Made by a program: the position numbers and the translations under genes. Positions 39,340 to 49,453 of a stretch of DNA of 64,000 nucleotides are shown here, in pieces. Below the pieces are notes generated by a model that was not told the DNA's origin, did not search any database, and saw nothing but the letters and a program-made list of their open reading frames with translations. The DNA is from Spirochaetota bacterium (GTDB lineage Bacteria > Spirochaetota > UBA4802 > UBA5550): positions 4,000,001-4,064,000 of the forward strand of contig CAXXHB010000003.1 of assembly GCA_963664815.2 (NCBI GenBank). Direction: 5' to 3'. The stretch's first letter is position 1, and every line of letters starts with the position of its first letter.

Positions 39340-40431
39340 TTACCTGCTAACAGGAAGAGACAGAAGACTTAATGGATCAACATACACCCCGCGAATATAT
39401 AAAGAAACATGAAGATGTGGTCCAGTAGCAATACCTGTAGCTCCAACTCCACCTATAACTTCACCAGCTCTGACCTTCTCACCCTCCTTTACTTTTATTG
39501 AATTGAGATGCTGGTAATATGAAAAAACTTTGTTACCATGATCTATAATGATCATATTCCCTTCATAAAACATTGAATGCGACAACACAATAATTCCGTC
39601 AGCTATTGCAAAAACCGGTGCACCTATTCCGCCCTTAAGATCAACCCCTTTATGAAAATTTTTCTTACCCTCAATCGCAACTCTCTTTTTATTTTTTCTG
39701 TTATAATTTAGATAAATTCTCTTTCGCCAGAAATCACCAGTAATTTTATACATATCACGGGGATACGCAAGTACACTTTGCATACTATCTTCAGATACAG
39801 AATTAAATGCTTTTTTACGCAAAGTGGAGCACTCCGCTATGAAATTTCTGAATTTTGGACTAGAAGTATAATCTTTATTTGAAAACTTTCCTACATCAAG
39901 CATGCTTTTAGAAACAGGATATTTAACATCCTTGATCATAATCTCTGAAGATAAATTCTGATCCTTACCATTAATTCTGTAACGGATTAAAACTGGAGCG
40001 TTTCCCGGTTTCTCCTCCGGATCAATACCCCATAGTCCTCTGAATCCCCAGGAAGTACCGGTTAAAGGAACATTTTTGTCTTTATAAAAAAAAGCTAAAT
40101 CTGAGACTAATGACCCTCCCTGCTTTTCGATTTCAACATAAACAGCGTTACCCTGTGCAAAATTTTTTGCATAAAGGATTACTCTGATATAATCATTGTT
40201 AAAATTTAAAATCTCCGGTTTTACCAATTTGAAATCTGACGGTTTTATAAGAGTTGAATATCTATTTTTACCGGAACACTTTAATTCAGAATAATTCTTA
40301 ACAACCTCCATATTTTGTGATAAAGCAATAGTTCCCTCAGAATATAAATTCTTTCTATCAGTCGAACTACATTCAGTAATAAACATTAATAAAAATAAAA
40401 CAACAAAAATAGCTATATATTTATTTCTCAA
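39340..40431 (-). CDS. M23-family metallopeptidase, probable lipoprotein
   Basis: HKGVD, IDHG, YQHL, TGPHLH. Probable TTG start at 40431 after GGGGTG; signal ends ITE-C. Confidence 0.88.
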   Translation of the reverse strand: MRNKYIAIFVVLFLLMFITECSSTDRKNLYSEGTIALSQNMEVVKNYSELKCSGKNRYSTLIKPSDFKLVKPEILNFNNDYIRVILYAKNFAQGNAVYVEIEKQGGSLVSDLAFFYKDKNVPLTGTSWGFRGLWGIDPEEKPGNAPVLIRYRINGKDQNLSSEIMIKDVKYPVSKSMLDVGKFSNKDYTSSPKFRNFIAECSTLRKKAFNSVSEDSMQSVLAYPRDMYKITGDFWRKRIYLNYNRKNKKRVAIEGKKNFHKGVDLKGGIGAPVFAIADGIIVLSHSMFYEGNMIIIDHGNKVFSYYQHLNSIKVKEGEKVRAGEVIGGVGATGIATGPHLHVSLYIRGVYVDPLSLLSLPVSR

Positions 40432-40722
40432 AAAAACACCCCATAAATTTATTGTTTCTTTTACATAAATGATTATTATATTGTTTACTATATTGTTCGT
40501 ACACATATGAAGAATACATTTTTCTCTCTTTACTGTGTCTAAACAACGGGGAATATTAAATATTAAGCATTATAATTCATTGATAGAGACCCTGTCAGTA
40601 ATGTAATATATATCTTTTAAACCTGTAGCCCATCGTGGAGGACATTTCACAATGGACTTTTGTATATATTTATTCATCTATATTACAACGCAAATAAATT
40701 TCATAAATACATAAAGAAAAAA

Positions 40723-41715
40723 ATGAAAAGTATACAGTTATTCAGTGAATCAGAGGAAATAATAGTTACAGAAATAAATAAGCTGCTGTTACATTCAGGT
40801 GATATTGTAGATTCAATTGTAATTTCCGACACCCTGTTCTCACTTCAGAAGCTTGCAGAATCAATTTCCTATTATCCATCACTCCTCGACCGGCAGATTT
40901 TAGGAAAACACAACCGCACACTTGAAACGCTTGTGGAGAACCTGTGCTCTCATTCAGGTCTCAATCTTCTTCTTAATACTCCTACTAAGGCAATACTTGG
41001 GAGAGGGTTCACAATAGCAAAAATGAATTTTTTTATTCTTGTTTCATATATCTGCTCTGATTACTTTAACCTGTGCTCCGACGGGGATAATTTAAAAAAA
41101 ATAATAGCCCTCAATGTTTTCTCTATAATGGCGGAAGAGGTTTTTATTTCAATTGTTTCTGACGACTCCCTTGATATTGGTTTACGGACAAAAGCCGGGT
41201 TTCTCCTGGTAACGGTTTGGGAACAGCGAATTTACATGGGGATAGAAAAACTCGAACCAATTCTTACCGATTTATGGATATCCAGGCAATCATTCTCTCC
41301 CGCATTCGGAACTATGCAGGGAATAGCAGAAATCACAGCGTTCTGTTCAGGTGGAAATTCTATTTTGCTTGATTTTCTTGAAGACAGCGATTTTAACATT
41401 GATACCCTTGATGCCATGAAAGAATATTTAATGGGGTTGTCATATGAAGAATTGATAAAAATTGAAGAATATATGCTGTCAAAATCAATACCTTCACTTC
41501 AATTTTCAGATGTGGAAAAGGTACTGGAGTTATCAAAGTCATATCCTATGTTTGATTATCATGACCCTCGCGAAATGTATCACTTTTATATGAGAAGAAA
41601 AAACAATGCTATATTCAGAAAAAAAAACGGAATGAAAGGACCCAAAAGAACTATTGAAGAATATCTGATCTGCTACATGCTTAAAAATAAAATAATAGAA
41701 AATAATAATGATTAA
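40723..41715 (+). CDS. Hypothetical cytoplasmic protein
   Basis: Long ORF, likely ATG 40723; no family recognised. Confidence 0.75.
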   Translation: MKSIQLFSESEEIIVTEINKLLLHSGDIVDSIVISDTLFSLQKLAESISYYPSLLDRQILGKHNRTLETLVENLCSHSGLNLLLNTPTKAILGRGFTIAKMNFFILVSYICSDYFNLCSDGDNLKKIIALNVFSIMAEEVFISIVSDDSLDIGLRTKAGFLLVTVWEQRIYMGIEKLEPILTDLWISRQSFSPAFGTMQGIAEITAFCSGGNSILLDFLEDSDFNIDTLDAMKEYLMGLSYEELIKIEEYMLSKSIPSLQFSDVEKVLELSKSYPMFDYHDPREMYHFYMRRKNNAIFRKKNGMKGPKRTIEEYLICYMLKNKIIENNND

Positions 41716-41829
41716 AAAGTATCTGCCATTTCAGTCCTTGCACCCTTTTACTGAGTTTATTCCAAAAGAAAAAGATCCTGCAGATAAACCTAAAAGGAGC
41801 AAAGAATGAATGACATGTTATATTTATAA

Positions 41830-42564
41830 TTATTTCTGTTCGGCTTTTCCCTCTTCTCCCAATTCTTTATTTAGCTGTTCAAGGTTTTTTGTTGCCTCAT
41901 CAAGCGCTTTTTTCATCTGTTCCTGATCTTCCATTGGAATGTTTTTCATCATTTGGTCAGGGATTGTACTTGCAGCTTTCATGCAGAGGAGACCACTTAT
42001 AATCATAAGTACAGGAATTACAGCTAAAATAATAGATATAACCTTTGCAGGGCCTTCTTTACCGGCAAGAGCTTTAATAATAGCATTGTACAAGAGCCAG
42101 ATTCCATACAGAGATACAGCCATACTCGCTATTCCTCCAAACCAGAGACTGAAACCGTTTAAAAATCCTAAAAAAGCACTTATAGGAGAAATGGCCATTA
42201 ATGACGAAGTAACCCTTACATTAGCTTCATAATCAGTGTTTCCTCCGCATATTGCACTTATAACAAGAATAATTGCACCGCCAATGAAAAGGCCTATTAT
42301 TGAACCGATAACAGACATTACGACGCCCATTACACCAACACCACCCCCAATCATTCCACCAAAAATTCCACCGACACCACCGAGAGAGAGTACTCCCCAT
42401 AATAAATTTATAAGAGCCGCCAGAAAGCCATAAATAACTGCTTTAATCAGCGGTTCTGCTAATCCGCCACTTTTTGACATAACTGAAAAATATTCGGCCG
42501 GAGTTAATAAAGTTGCCTTTGTTTCATCCAGAAATTTTTTAAAATCGAATGCGACTTCAGCCAT
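41830..42564 (-). CDS. Yip1-domain membrane protein
   Basis: LLTPAEYF, several Gly-rich TM helices, GG..DYEA..RV; RBS GAGGAGG. Confidence 0.85.
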   Translation of the reverse strand: MAEVAFDFKKFLDETKATLLTPAEYFSVMSKSGGLAEPLIKAVIYGFLAALINLLWGVLSLGGVGGIFGGMIGGGVGVMGVVMSVIGSIIGLFIGGAIILVISAICGGNTDYEANVRVTSSLMAISPISAFLGFLNGFSLWFGGIASMAVSLYGIWLLYNAIIKALAGKEGPAKVISIILAVIPVLMIISGLLCMKAASTIPDQMMKNIPMEDQEQMKKALDEATKNLEQLNKELGEEGKAEQK

Positions 42565-42865
42565 AAAGTCCTCCTCTTTAATTTATATATTTATTATACT
42601 GCATGATATTCACAATTCAAGCATTATTCTTTTTAAATTTCAAGTAATTTGCTATAACATAAAAATTATATATTTAATTTAAATTATTCATATTTTCTCC
42701 GCTAAACCGGCAAACACCAGTTTTTTCTTAATTTGGTTAATCGAAGATTGTATCTGATTCAAAGAACTTTTATCATATATTAATATAAATAAAAAATTAT
42801 CCTGATTGACTAAAAATATCATGGATATTAGAAGAATACGAAATATCTATGAGACATAATTTATC

Positions 42866-43864
42866 GTGAACATCATAAACCTGATAACAACAAAAAATTC
42901 TCTCCTGAAAGTTCCTCTTCAAAATGAAGGTTTCATTATTAATGAATTTTCTCCTGCTGATGATGTTAAAGAAATTGAGGAAAAGATAGTCAAAGGGAAA
43001 AATAATTACACACTCTTTGAAATCATAGATTTTAAAAATTCCACACCTGATCTCTTTTTAAAAAGAATCCGGTTTCTCTATGATAAATCAAAACTAATCT
43101 GTTTATCCGAAACAATCTCCCCTGATTTAAGAAACTTTTTTATTAAATCAGGGATATCAGACTGTATTACAACATTCTCACCAGATCGTATAGCACTATA
43201 TATAAAAAGCCTCAATACAAAAATTGAGGTCAAACCCGGCTTATTCATTATTCTTGATGATAATGAATTTCATAAAAATATGTTTAATTCAATTATTAAA
43301 AGATTCGGATATATAATTCGTTTTGTATCAACAATCGATGAACTTTTTCAAACAGTAAAAGAACCTGATAATGTAATGACATTAATAAATATTGGGGCTA
43401 AAAACCTTGATCTCAATGGACTTGTTAGACAATCATACATCAATCCAGATATTAAAAAAAATCCAGTCATAACATACAAGTGCATGGAGCAGGGTCTTTT
43501 TGTCCATGAAATTGTAAATGGCCTCAACAGGCTGACAAAAGTGATACTTTCCCCTGAAGAACTTTTCTGTATGCTTTTAGATATTCTTTTCAAAAAAGAG
43601 ATAATATCATACACCAGTACCTATATCAACACATTGAAATATGAAAAAATTTTCTCTTTTGCCGAAAAACCTCTTCAGCAGATATATTATGAAAACCATG
43701 GAAAAATTATCGGACAGGACTCAATTTTTGAAAAAGATAGAATAGATTCGATGATATATACATCCGAAATGATAAAACGTACCCTTATCAGAGCTGAAGG
43801 GATCTTATGGCTTAAACAAAGTGAGTCTTCAAGGAACAGAATTACCTGCGGAGTGGGTGCCTGA
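42866..43864 (+). CDS. Protein with degenerate receiver (CheY-like) domains
   Basis: FIILDDNEFHKNMF..II..FGY resembles a receiver N-terminus; G..DCI in the N-terminal half; phospho-acceptor Asp not evident. Confidence 0.55.
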   Translation: MNIINLITTKNSLLKVPLQNEGFIINEFSPADDVKEIEEKIVKGKNNYTLFEIIDFKNSTPDLFLKRIRFLYDKSKLICLSETISPDLRNFFIKSGISDCITTFSPDRIALYIKSLNTKIEVKPGLFIILDDNEFHKNMFNSIIKRFGYIIRFVSTIDELFQTVKEPDNVMTLINIGAKNLDLNGLVRQSYINPDIKKNPVITYKCMEQGLFVHEIVNGLNRLTKVILSPEELFCMLLDILFKKEIISYTSTYINTLKYEKIFSFAEKPLQQIYYENHGKIIGQDSIFEKDRIDSMIYTSEMIKRTLIRAEGILWLKQSESSRNRITCGVGA

Positions 43865-44468
43865 AATTAATTTCTCCTTTTCTTAGTGAATCAATAGTTT
43901 GAATAGGAATCCTGAATTCATAATCATTTGGCTTGCCTTCCGGAAAACATGGTCTTTCTTTTCTATGGCACGAAAGGCATAGCCGCTCCCTGGTCTTCAG
44001 ACTTGCTATTCCAAGAATAGGATACATTCCGTATTTTATTCCTCTTCTGTAACCATTTTCTCTGCTGCTGTAATCAACGTGATTGCTTGCTTTATAATAT
44101 TCACTTCCAGGGCCATGACAGGCTTCACATCCTACCCCCTCTTTAACTACAGTATTAACCTTACCTTTTCCTGTAGCATGGCATTTCAGGCAAGCATAAT
44201 CCTTTTCGGGTGATGTTACCTCTACTTTCTTTGCTATTTCAGCAGCTTTTTCACTTATCAGTATATTATATGCTTTTGCATGAGGAGATAATAACCAGAT
44301 TTTATACTGATTACCAATTACATCATCTCCATGACACTCTTTACATCCTTTTGAACCGATAAATGTAAAAAATCCAATATCATTTTCACTTCCCAAAAGA
44401 GAAAACTGATTAAATGATTGTATAAGCAGTAAAAAAGTAAAAATCAAAACAACTTGCAAACGTAGCAA
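43842..44468 (-). CDS. Tetraheme cytochrome c (c554-like)
   Basis: Signal peptide; CKECH, CLKCH, CEACH, CLSCH; W..SPHAKAY, EGVGCEACHGPGS. Confidence 0.92.
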   Translation of the reverse strand: MLRLQVVLIFTFLLLIQSFNQFSLLGSENDIGFFTFIGSKGCKECHGDDVIGNQYKIWLLSPHAKAYNILISEKAAEIAKKVEVTSPEKDYACLKCHATGKGKVNTVVKEGVGCEACHGPGSEYYKASNHVDYSSRENGYRRGIKYGMYPILGIASLKTRERLCLSCHRKERPCFPEGKPNDYEFRIPIQTIDSLRKGEINFRHPLRR

Positions 44469-44716
44469 TATATTACTCCCTTCATTCTTTTATAAATAAG
44501 AATTAAGAAATACAGTTATTCACATTAACTTTACTCTGCAAACATAGATAGATTTTTAAAACAAACACAGCTTCTTACCTCTTTACCTGCTAGGTTCTAT
44601 CCATATATAATTTTGAATAAATTTTATGACTGTAAATCGATATAACATTTACAATATTTTGAAAACCTGTATATTTATACTCAAACAAATAATAAAAACG
44701 TCAAGAAAATTTGCTC

Positions 44717-44744
44717 TTGACATTGATTACAATTAGATTATTAT
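44717..44744 (+). promoter_or_regulatory. Candidate sigma70 promoter
   Basis: TTGACA (44717-22), 16-nt spacer, TATTAT (44739-44), upstream of GGAGA and ATG 44768. Confidence 0.45.
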
Positions 44745-44767
44745 AAATTTATTATGGAGAATTAACC

Positions 44768-45064
44768 ATGGGAAAAATTGACAATGATGAATATCGAATA
44801 GGAATGTTTTTCGTTGAAAACGGCATTATTAATGATTCCCAGCTTAATGAAGCTCTTGAACTACAGAAAGATAACAAGGACAGGCTTCTTGGTGAGATCT
44901 TCGTAACACTCGGTTTTCTCTCTAAAGAAGACCTTATTATGGCTCTAGAAATGTACATGATGATGACCGATTCTGACGGCCCGGGAATAGATGAATGGCT
45001 CGATCAGGAGGAAATTGACATGATGTTGAAAAAGCTTGATAACTCAAAATCAAAAAGTTCTTGA
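44768..45064 (+). CDS. Small stand-alone MshEN-like (putative c-di-GMP-binding) protein
   Basis: [24 protein letters not shown] fits RLGxxLxxxG(I/L)(I/V)xxxxLxxALxxQ; the second motif [17 protein letters not shown] is degenerate. Confidence 0.7.
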   Translation: MGKIDNDEYRIGMFFVENGIINDSQLNEALELQKDNKDRLLGEIFVTLGFLSKEDLIMALEMYMMMTDSDGPGIDEWLDQEEIDMMLKKLDNSKSKSS

Positions 45065-45513
45065 CAAATGGCCGCATATACAAAACAAATGTACCCATGC
45101 TAGAGTATGAAGATAACATATGTTTTGCCTGTGGTCAGGAAAATGAAGTCGGGCTTAAATTAAAGCTCAGATTCGATGATGACACAAAAACGGCCTATGG
45201 TGAGTTTACAGCTCATGAACTGCTAGAAGGAATCCCCAACATAATACATTCGGGAGTTATTGCGACAATTCTTGATGAAACTATGGTAACAGTTAATAAA
45301 TACCTCGAAGTAATGGCTATAACAAGTGAGCTTACAATCAGGTATCTGCAACCGGCATTTGTCGGCGAAAATCTCCATATCAGAGGGTGGTTTGTAAAAA
45401 AAAGCAAAAGGGTCATTGAGAACAGAGCGGAAATTGAAAATGAAATGGGGAAAATTGTCGCCAGAGCAAAAGGAAAATATATAGAAGTTGACGAGATCCC
45501 TCAACCTGAGTAA
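45061..45513 (+). CDS. PaaI-family (hotdog-fold) thioesterase
   Basis: [32 protein letters not shown]; TTGA overlap with the upstream gene. Confidence 0.88.
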   Translation: MTNGRIYKTNVPMLEYEDNICFACGQENEVGLKLKLRFDDDTKTAYGEFTAHELLEGIPNIIHSGVIATILDETMVTVNKYLEVMAITSELTIRYLQPAFVGENLHIRGWFVKKSKRVIENRAEIENEMGKIVARAKGKYIEVDEIPQPE

Positions 45514-45568
45514 ATTCAGCTACTCATTGTTTCAACTTTTTTATAATAAATATTTTTGGTGTTTGCAA

Positions 45569-45652
45569 GCCGAAGTGGTGAAACTGGTAGACGCACCGGA
45601 CTCAAAATCCGGCGGGGGTAACTCCATAAGGGTTCGATTCCCTTCTTCGGCA
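45569..45652 (+). tRNA. tRNA-Leu (CAA)
   Basis: GCCGAAG/CTTCGGC acceptor stem plus A; D-arm with CTGGTAG; CCGGA-CTCAAAA-TCCGG anticodon arm; long variable arm; GGTTCGATTCC T-arm; CCA not encoded. Confidence 0.97.
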
Positions 45653-45653
45653 A

Positions 45654-45688
45654 TTACCAAAGGCCTGATTTATTCAGGCCTTTGGTAA
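45654..45688 (+). terminator. Hairpin after tRNA-Leu
   Basis: Perfect 15-bp stem TTACCAAAGGCCTGA / TCAGGCCTTTGGTAA with a 5-nt loop. Confidence 0.75.
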
Positions 45689-45866
45689 AATAACAACAAC
45701 ATCCCTGCAAAATGTGTTTTTTTATATCCTATTTATTTTTTTGTCCTGATAAAACACTATCAAAAAAACTTCACAGCATCAGAAGGATTAACGACATAAA
45801 TACCTTGATTTTCTGAACCAACTTGTACTATTGCATAGTTCTCTGAATTAAACAAAATAAAAATTT

Positions 45867-46982
45867 TTATATGGCGAAAGCATAACCTATCGTGAGTATT
45901 ATTCCCCCCGGAGCAATTATATCCTCAGTATTTTTTGAATCGGTTGTTAAGCTATTTCCGCTTGCAGTTGTGTATGTATATTTTGTCTTCTGCATAGCAT
46001 AGGCGTAGCCCGCTTCTATGTACAGCCTGTTATTTCCATTAACCCTCCAGAAGTATAATAACGTTGCATTGATTGTGGTTACAGGTTTACAGGTAAAATT
46101 AACATCTTCTTTGATTTTATTGCCTGATTTATTTTCTGTTTCATAGCTGTATGTATATGATTTCAATCCAGTATTATATGCTGCACCAATGCTGAAGGCC
46201 AGTCCAAATGGATATTCCAGATAGTAACGTAGAGCACCGGAAAATCTGTACCCCCAAAGCCCGACACCTGCTCCAGCATTAATACCGAAATTGTCTATTA
46301 ACCTGTAATCTACCCTTGCTCCTAAACCTGTATAACCGTTCCATCCCAGTTCAAATTCCCAGAACATATTACCGGTATATAGAGAGACCCCTGCAGCAGT
46401 CTGTCCTGCACTGTTTTTAAATTTCTCCGGTGTCTCGACAGTGCCGTTTTTATACACTATCTTCAGCACCATATCTCTGCCGTAAAACAACCGATTGCTC
46501 TTTTCATCAGTAAATTCAATGTACTTTTCTCTGATTATTATATTCCCCGCTTTGAATGTACTTCCATCTTTTAAGAAGATCATGTCTGTTTCAGCTTGAT
46601 TTGCAAAGTTTTCAACAATTCCATTGTCATAGACTATTTTCGTTACATTTTCCGTTTCAACACGGTCGTAAGGAATTTCACCTAAAGGTTTATATTCAAT
46701 ATATAATTTACCGCTTTTAATTACTTTCGCAGGTATGCTTGATCCGTCTTTGAGAAAGATCCTGTCAAAGAAATCAATTTCCTTTCCATTTTTATATGTA
46801 ATTTTCACCACAGAGCTCCGGTTAAGCTTTTGTGTGGAGTCATCCTCCCTCTTATATTCAATACTATCTGTGGTTACATTAATAATATTCCCGTTTATAA
46901 TTTTACCATCAATCAGATGTATTTCATCAGCCCAAAGTGAGGTAGAATATACCAGCAGGAATAACAGAAAAAATTTTTTCAT
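45867..46982 (-). CDS. Secreted protein with three repeated small beta domains and a probable C-terminal outer-membrane beta-barrel
   Basis: Signal peptide; three copies of D.I.L.DG.....I......IE(Y/F)....V.KI.Y.NG; C-terminal alternating strands ending IGYAFAI. Confidence 0.75.
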   Translation of the reverse strand: MKKFFLLFLLVYSTSLWADEIHLIDGKIINGNIINVTTDSIEYKREDDSTQKLNRSSVVKITYKNGKEIDFFDRIFLKDGSSIPAKVIKSGKLYIEYKPLGEIPYDRVETENVTKIVYDNGIVENFANQAETDMIFLKDGSTFKAGNIIIREKYIEFTDEKSNRLFYGRDMVLKIVYKNGTVETPEKFKNSAGQTAAGVSLYTGNMFWEFELGWNGYTGLGARVDYRLIDNFGINAGAGVGLWGYRFSGALRYYLEYPFGLAFSIGAAYNTGLKSYTYSYETENKSGNKIKEDVNFTCKPVTTINATLLYFWRVNGNNRLYIEAGYAYAMQKTKYTYTTASGNSLTTDSKNTEDIIAPGGIILTIGYAFAI

Positions 46983-47316
46983 AAATTTTATATATCTCCA
47001 TCAACACTTTTAATGTATATATTATGCAATAAGTTATACCAGTTTGTAAATAAAATTTTTATAAATGTAAATATGATATTTCTCCGAGAGTATATACTCT
47101 GTTTTTGGGAGTTTACAGATAATAATGAACATCTTAATAAATACTGCAATTGACTTAAACTATAGTTCACCACATTCTCATTGAATAAACTCAATAATAA
47201 CTATTTGCTATAAAATTATCTACTGATAAATAAATATAATAAACGATTAACATACCACGTTACTCAAAATCCAGTAAAAATTATATGTTATTTACACTCC
47301 CTTATTCATTAATATA

Positions 47317-47357
47317 AAAAAGAGAGGCCCTCATTGTCCAGATGTGCCTCTCTTTTT
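47317..47357. terminator. Intrinsic terminator-like hairpin, T-tracts on both strands
   Basis: AAAAAGAGAGGC / GCCTCTCTTTTT perfect 12-bp inverted repeat. Confidence 0.65.
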
Positions 47358-47451
47358 ATTCACTCAAAGCTGCAGTGCCGATATATGGCAGGATTTTTTT
47401 ACTTAGGGTTTTAGGTGTGATTGAGCGGGAGCCCCACAGCTATAGTTTTTA

Positions 47452-47655
47452 TTATTTTACCAGCGAATACAGAATCATTTTATCACTACTGACAATTTCG
47501 CCTCTGAATTCTTTAATAATTGTGGATAATATATCACTAGAGGTTTTTCCACTTTCCGTACTCTTTCTCCCTCTAACGAAGCCTTTACTTCTCTGTTCCT
47601 CTCTGTCAGTCTTAAATAAACATATACTTTCTTTTTTTGTAACATAACCATTCAT
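47452..47655 (-). CDS. Small hypothetical protein
   Basis: 67-aa ORF with GAGAG before the ATG, in an otherwise gene-free gap, followed by a structured region and a terminator. Confidence 0.35.
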   Translation of the reverse strand: MNGYVTKKESICLFKTDREEQRSKGFVRGRKSTESGKTSSDILSTIIKEFRGEIVSSDKMILYSLVK

Positions 47656-47907
47656 TGTACTCTCACTATAATCTAAATTATATACGCCATTAATATAGCA
47701 TATAAGATTGAAAATTGTGTATTAAGGACATCTGTTAGTTAAGGCTTATCATCCACAACTGCTACATTAACTATCAAACAAATGTATAGTATATATATGT
47801 ATAGTAATTTCAAGCACTTTTTTTATTTTTTATAAAAAAAAATAAAATATTTGCTCTGGGCAGCAGCTCTTATAATTTTATCTATAAAACAAGCAAAGGA
47901 TTATATT

Positions 47908-49392
47908 ATGACAAACTCTTCACCGGATCATGAAAAAATTTTCGATGAGATCCTGAAAATGAATCCCGATGAAGCACAGGTTAAACCTGATGCAATAGGC
48001 GAACATCCAGGAACAAAAGTTCATGAATCTGAGGTAAATTTTAATTTACTACCTGAAGAGCTTGAGGAGTATCTTAACAGGTATGTAATTAGTCAGGAAT
48101 CTTCAGTTGAAGTGATAGCTACAAAAGTTTGCACACATTTTAACAGAATGAAAGTTGAAATGACTATTCCTGAAGATCAGCGTATTGTTGGAAACATTAA
48201 AAGCAATATGCTTCTTATCGGTCCCACGGGTGTTGGTAAAACATATATTATCAAGCTCATCGCAAAAAGAATTGGCGTCCCGTTTGTTAAAGCTGATGCA
48301 ACAAAATTCAGTGAAACAGGATATGTCGGAGGGGATGTTGAAGACCTTGTACGAGAACTGGTTTATGAGGCTGATGGTGATATTTCTAAGGCTGAATATG
48401 GTATTATTTATATTGATGAAATAGATAAAATCGCATCATCGGGTAATACAATTGGTCCGGATGTTTCACGAACAGGCGTCCAGAGAAACCTTCTTAAACT
48501 TATGGAGGAATCTGAGGTTGATCTTAAAACTCCACACGATCTTGCTTCACAGGTTGAAGCTGCCATGGAAGCTCAGAGAACAGGTAAAGTAACTCGGAAA
48601 AAAATCAGTACTAAAAATATTCTGTTCATAGTATCCGGAGCATTTTCCACACTGCCTGATATAATAAACAAAAGATTAAACAGGCAAAGCATAGGTTTTG
48701 ATAAAATCAGAACTTCAACATCGGAAAAAAATGAAGTCTTTAAACAGCTCAAAACTGAGGATCTCATTGAATTCGGTTTTGAATCGGAATTTATAGGCCG
48801 CCTCCCTGTATCGGTTGTACTGAATGAACTTGATATTAACGGTCTTTACAAAATATTGAAAAACAGTCATAGTACGGTTGTATTCGGTAAAAAGATGGAT
48901 TTTAAAGCATACGGTATTGATCTTGATTTCAGCGATGATGCCCTTATGGAACTTGCCACCAGGGCTTATATGGAGAAAACCGGAGCCAGAGGACTTCTTA
49001 GTGTTTTTGAAAAGCTTCTTATAAAATTCGAGAAAAAACTACCATCAACAGGTATAAAAAAACTGCATGTGGATCTCGATCTCGTTAATAATCCCAATAA
49101 AGCTTTGTCAGCACTGCTTCTTGAAGATGGAATAAATAAATTCCAGAAAGAATTTTTAATTGACCATGGAATTTATCTCTCTTTTGATGAAGAAGCTAAG
49201 ATAAATATAGAAAATAAATCTGATAAATTAAATATGAAAGTAAGAGATCTTTGTAATGACCTTTTTAAAGATTTTTTCCATGGTATAAGGCTAATGAATC
49301 TTGAAAACTTTACCATTCCGGGAGAAGCTGTTGATAATCCAAAGGAATATCTCGATTTATACATTAAAAAAAATTATAAAAAGCCTGTCTGA
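47908..49392 (+). CDS. clpX: ClpX-like AAA+ unfoldase (no N-terminal zinc domain, C-terminal extension)
   Basis: GPTGVGKT, SETGYVGGDVE, IDEIDKI, DVS..GVQ..LLK, IGF loop, EFIGRLP, TGARGL. ATG 47908 follows AAGGA. Confidence 0.8.
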   Translation: MTNSSPDHEKIFDEILKMNPDEAQVKPDAIGEHPGTKVHESEVNFNLLPEELEEYLNRYVISQESSVEVIATKVCTHFNRMKVEMTIPEDQRIVGNIKSNMLLIGPTGVGKTYIIKLIAKRIGVPFVKADATKFSETGYVGGDVEDLVRELVYEADGDISKAEYGIIYIDEIDKIASSGNTIGPDVSRTGVQRNLLKLMEESEVDLKTPHDLASQVEAAMEAQRTGKVTRKKISTKNILFIVSGAFSTLPDIINKRLNRQSIGFDKIRTSTSEKNEVFKQLKTEDLIEFGFESEFIGRLPVSVVLNELDINGLYKILKNSHSTVVFGKKMDFKAYGIDLDFSDDALMELATRAYMEKTGARGLLSVFEKLLIKFEKKLPSTGIKKLHVDLDLVNNPNKALSALLLEDGINKFQKEFLIDHGIYLSFDEEAKINIENKSDKLNMKVRDLCNDLFKDFFHGIRLMNLENFTIPGEAVDNPKEYLDLYIKKNYKKPV

Positions 49393-49403
49393 AACAAGAT
49401 CCA

Positions 49404-49445
49404 CCTGATTAAATGAGATAAGGTCATATCATCTCTTTAATCAGG
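49404..49445. terminator. Hairpin between convergent clpX-like and fbp genes
   Basis: CCTGATTAAA(T)GAGAT ... ATCTCTTTAATCAGG. Confidence 0.65.
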
Positions 49446-49453
49446 ATAAAACT

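Noticed and set aside
41732-41805. Imperfect inverted repeat between convergent genes as a MITE
   Set aside because: Short and mismatched, with no second copy seen in the window.
45488-45688. 66-aa ORF in the track
   Set aside because: It overlaps tRNA-Leu and its hairpin; spurious.
45653-47900. Prophage or integrative island at tRNA-Leu
   Set aside because: No integrase and no duplicate of the tRNA 3' end was found.
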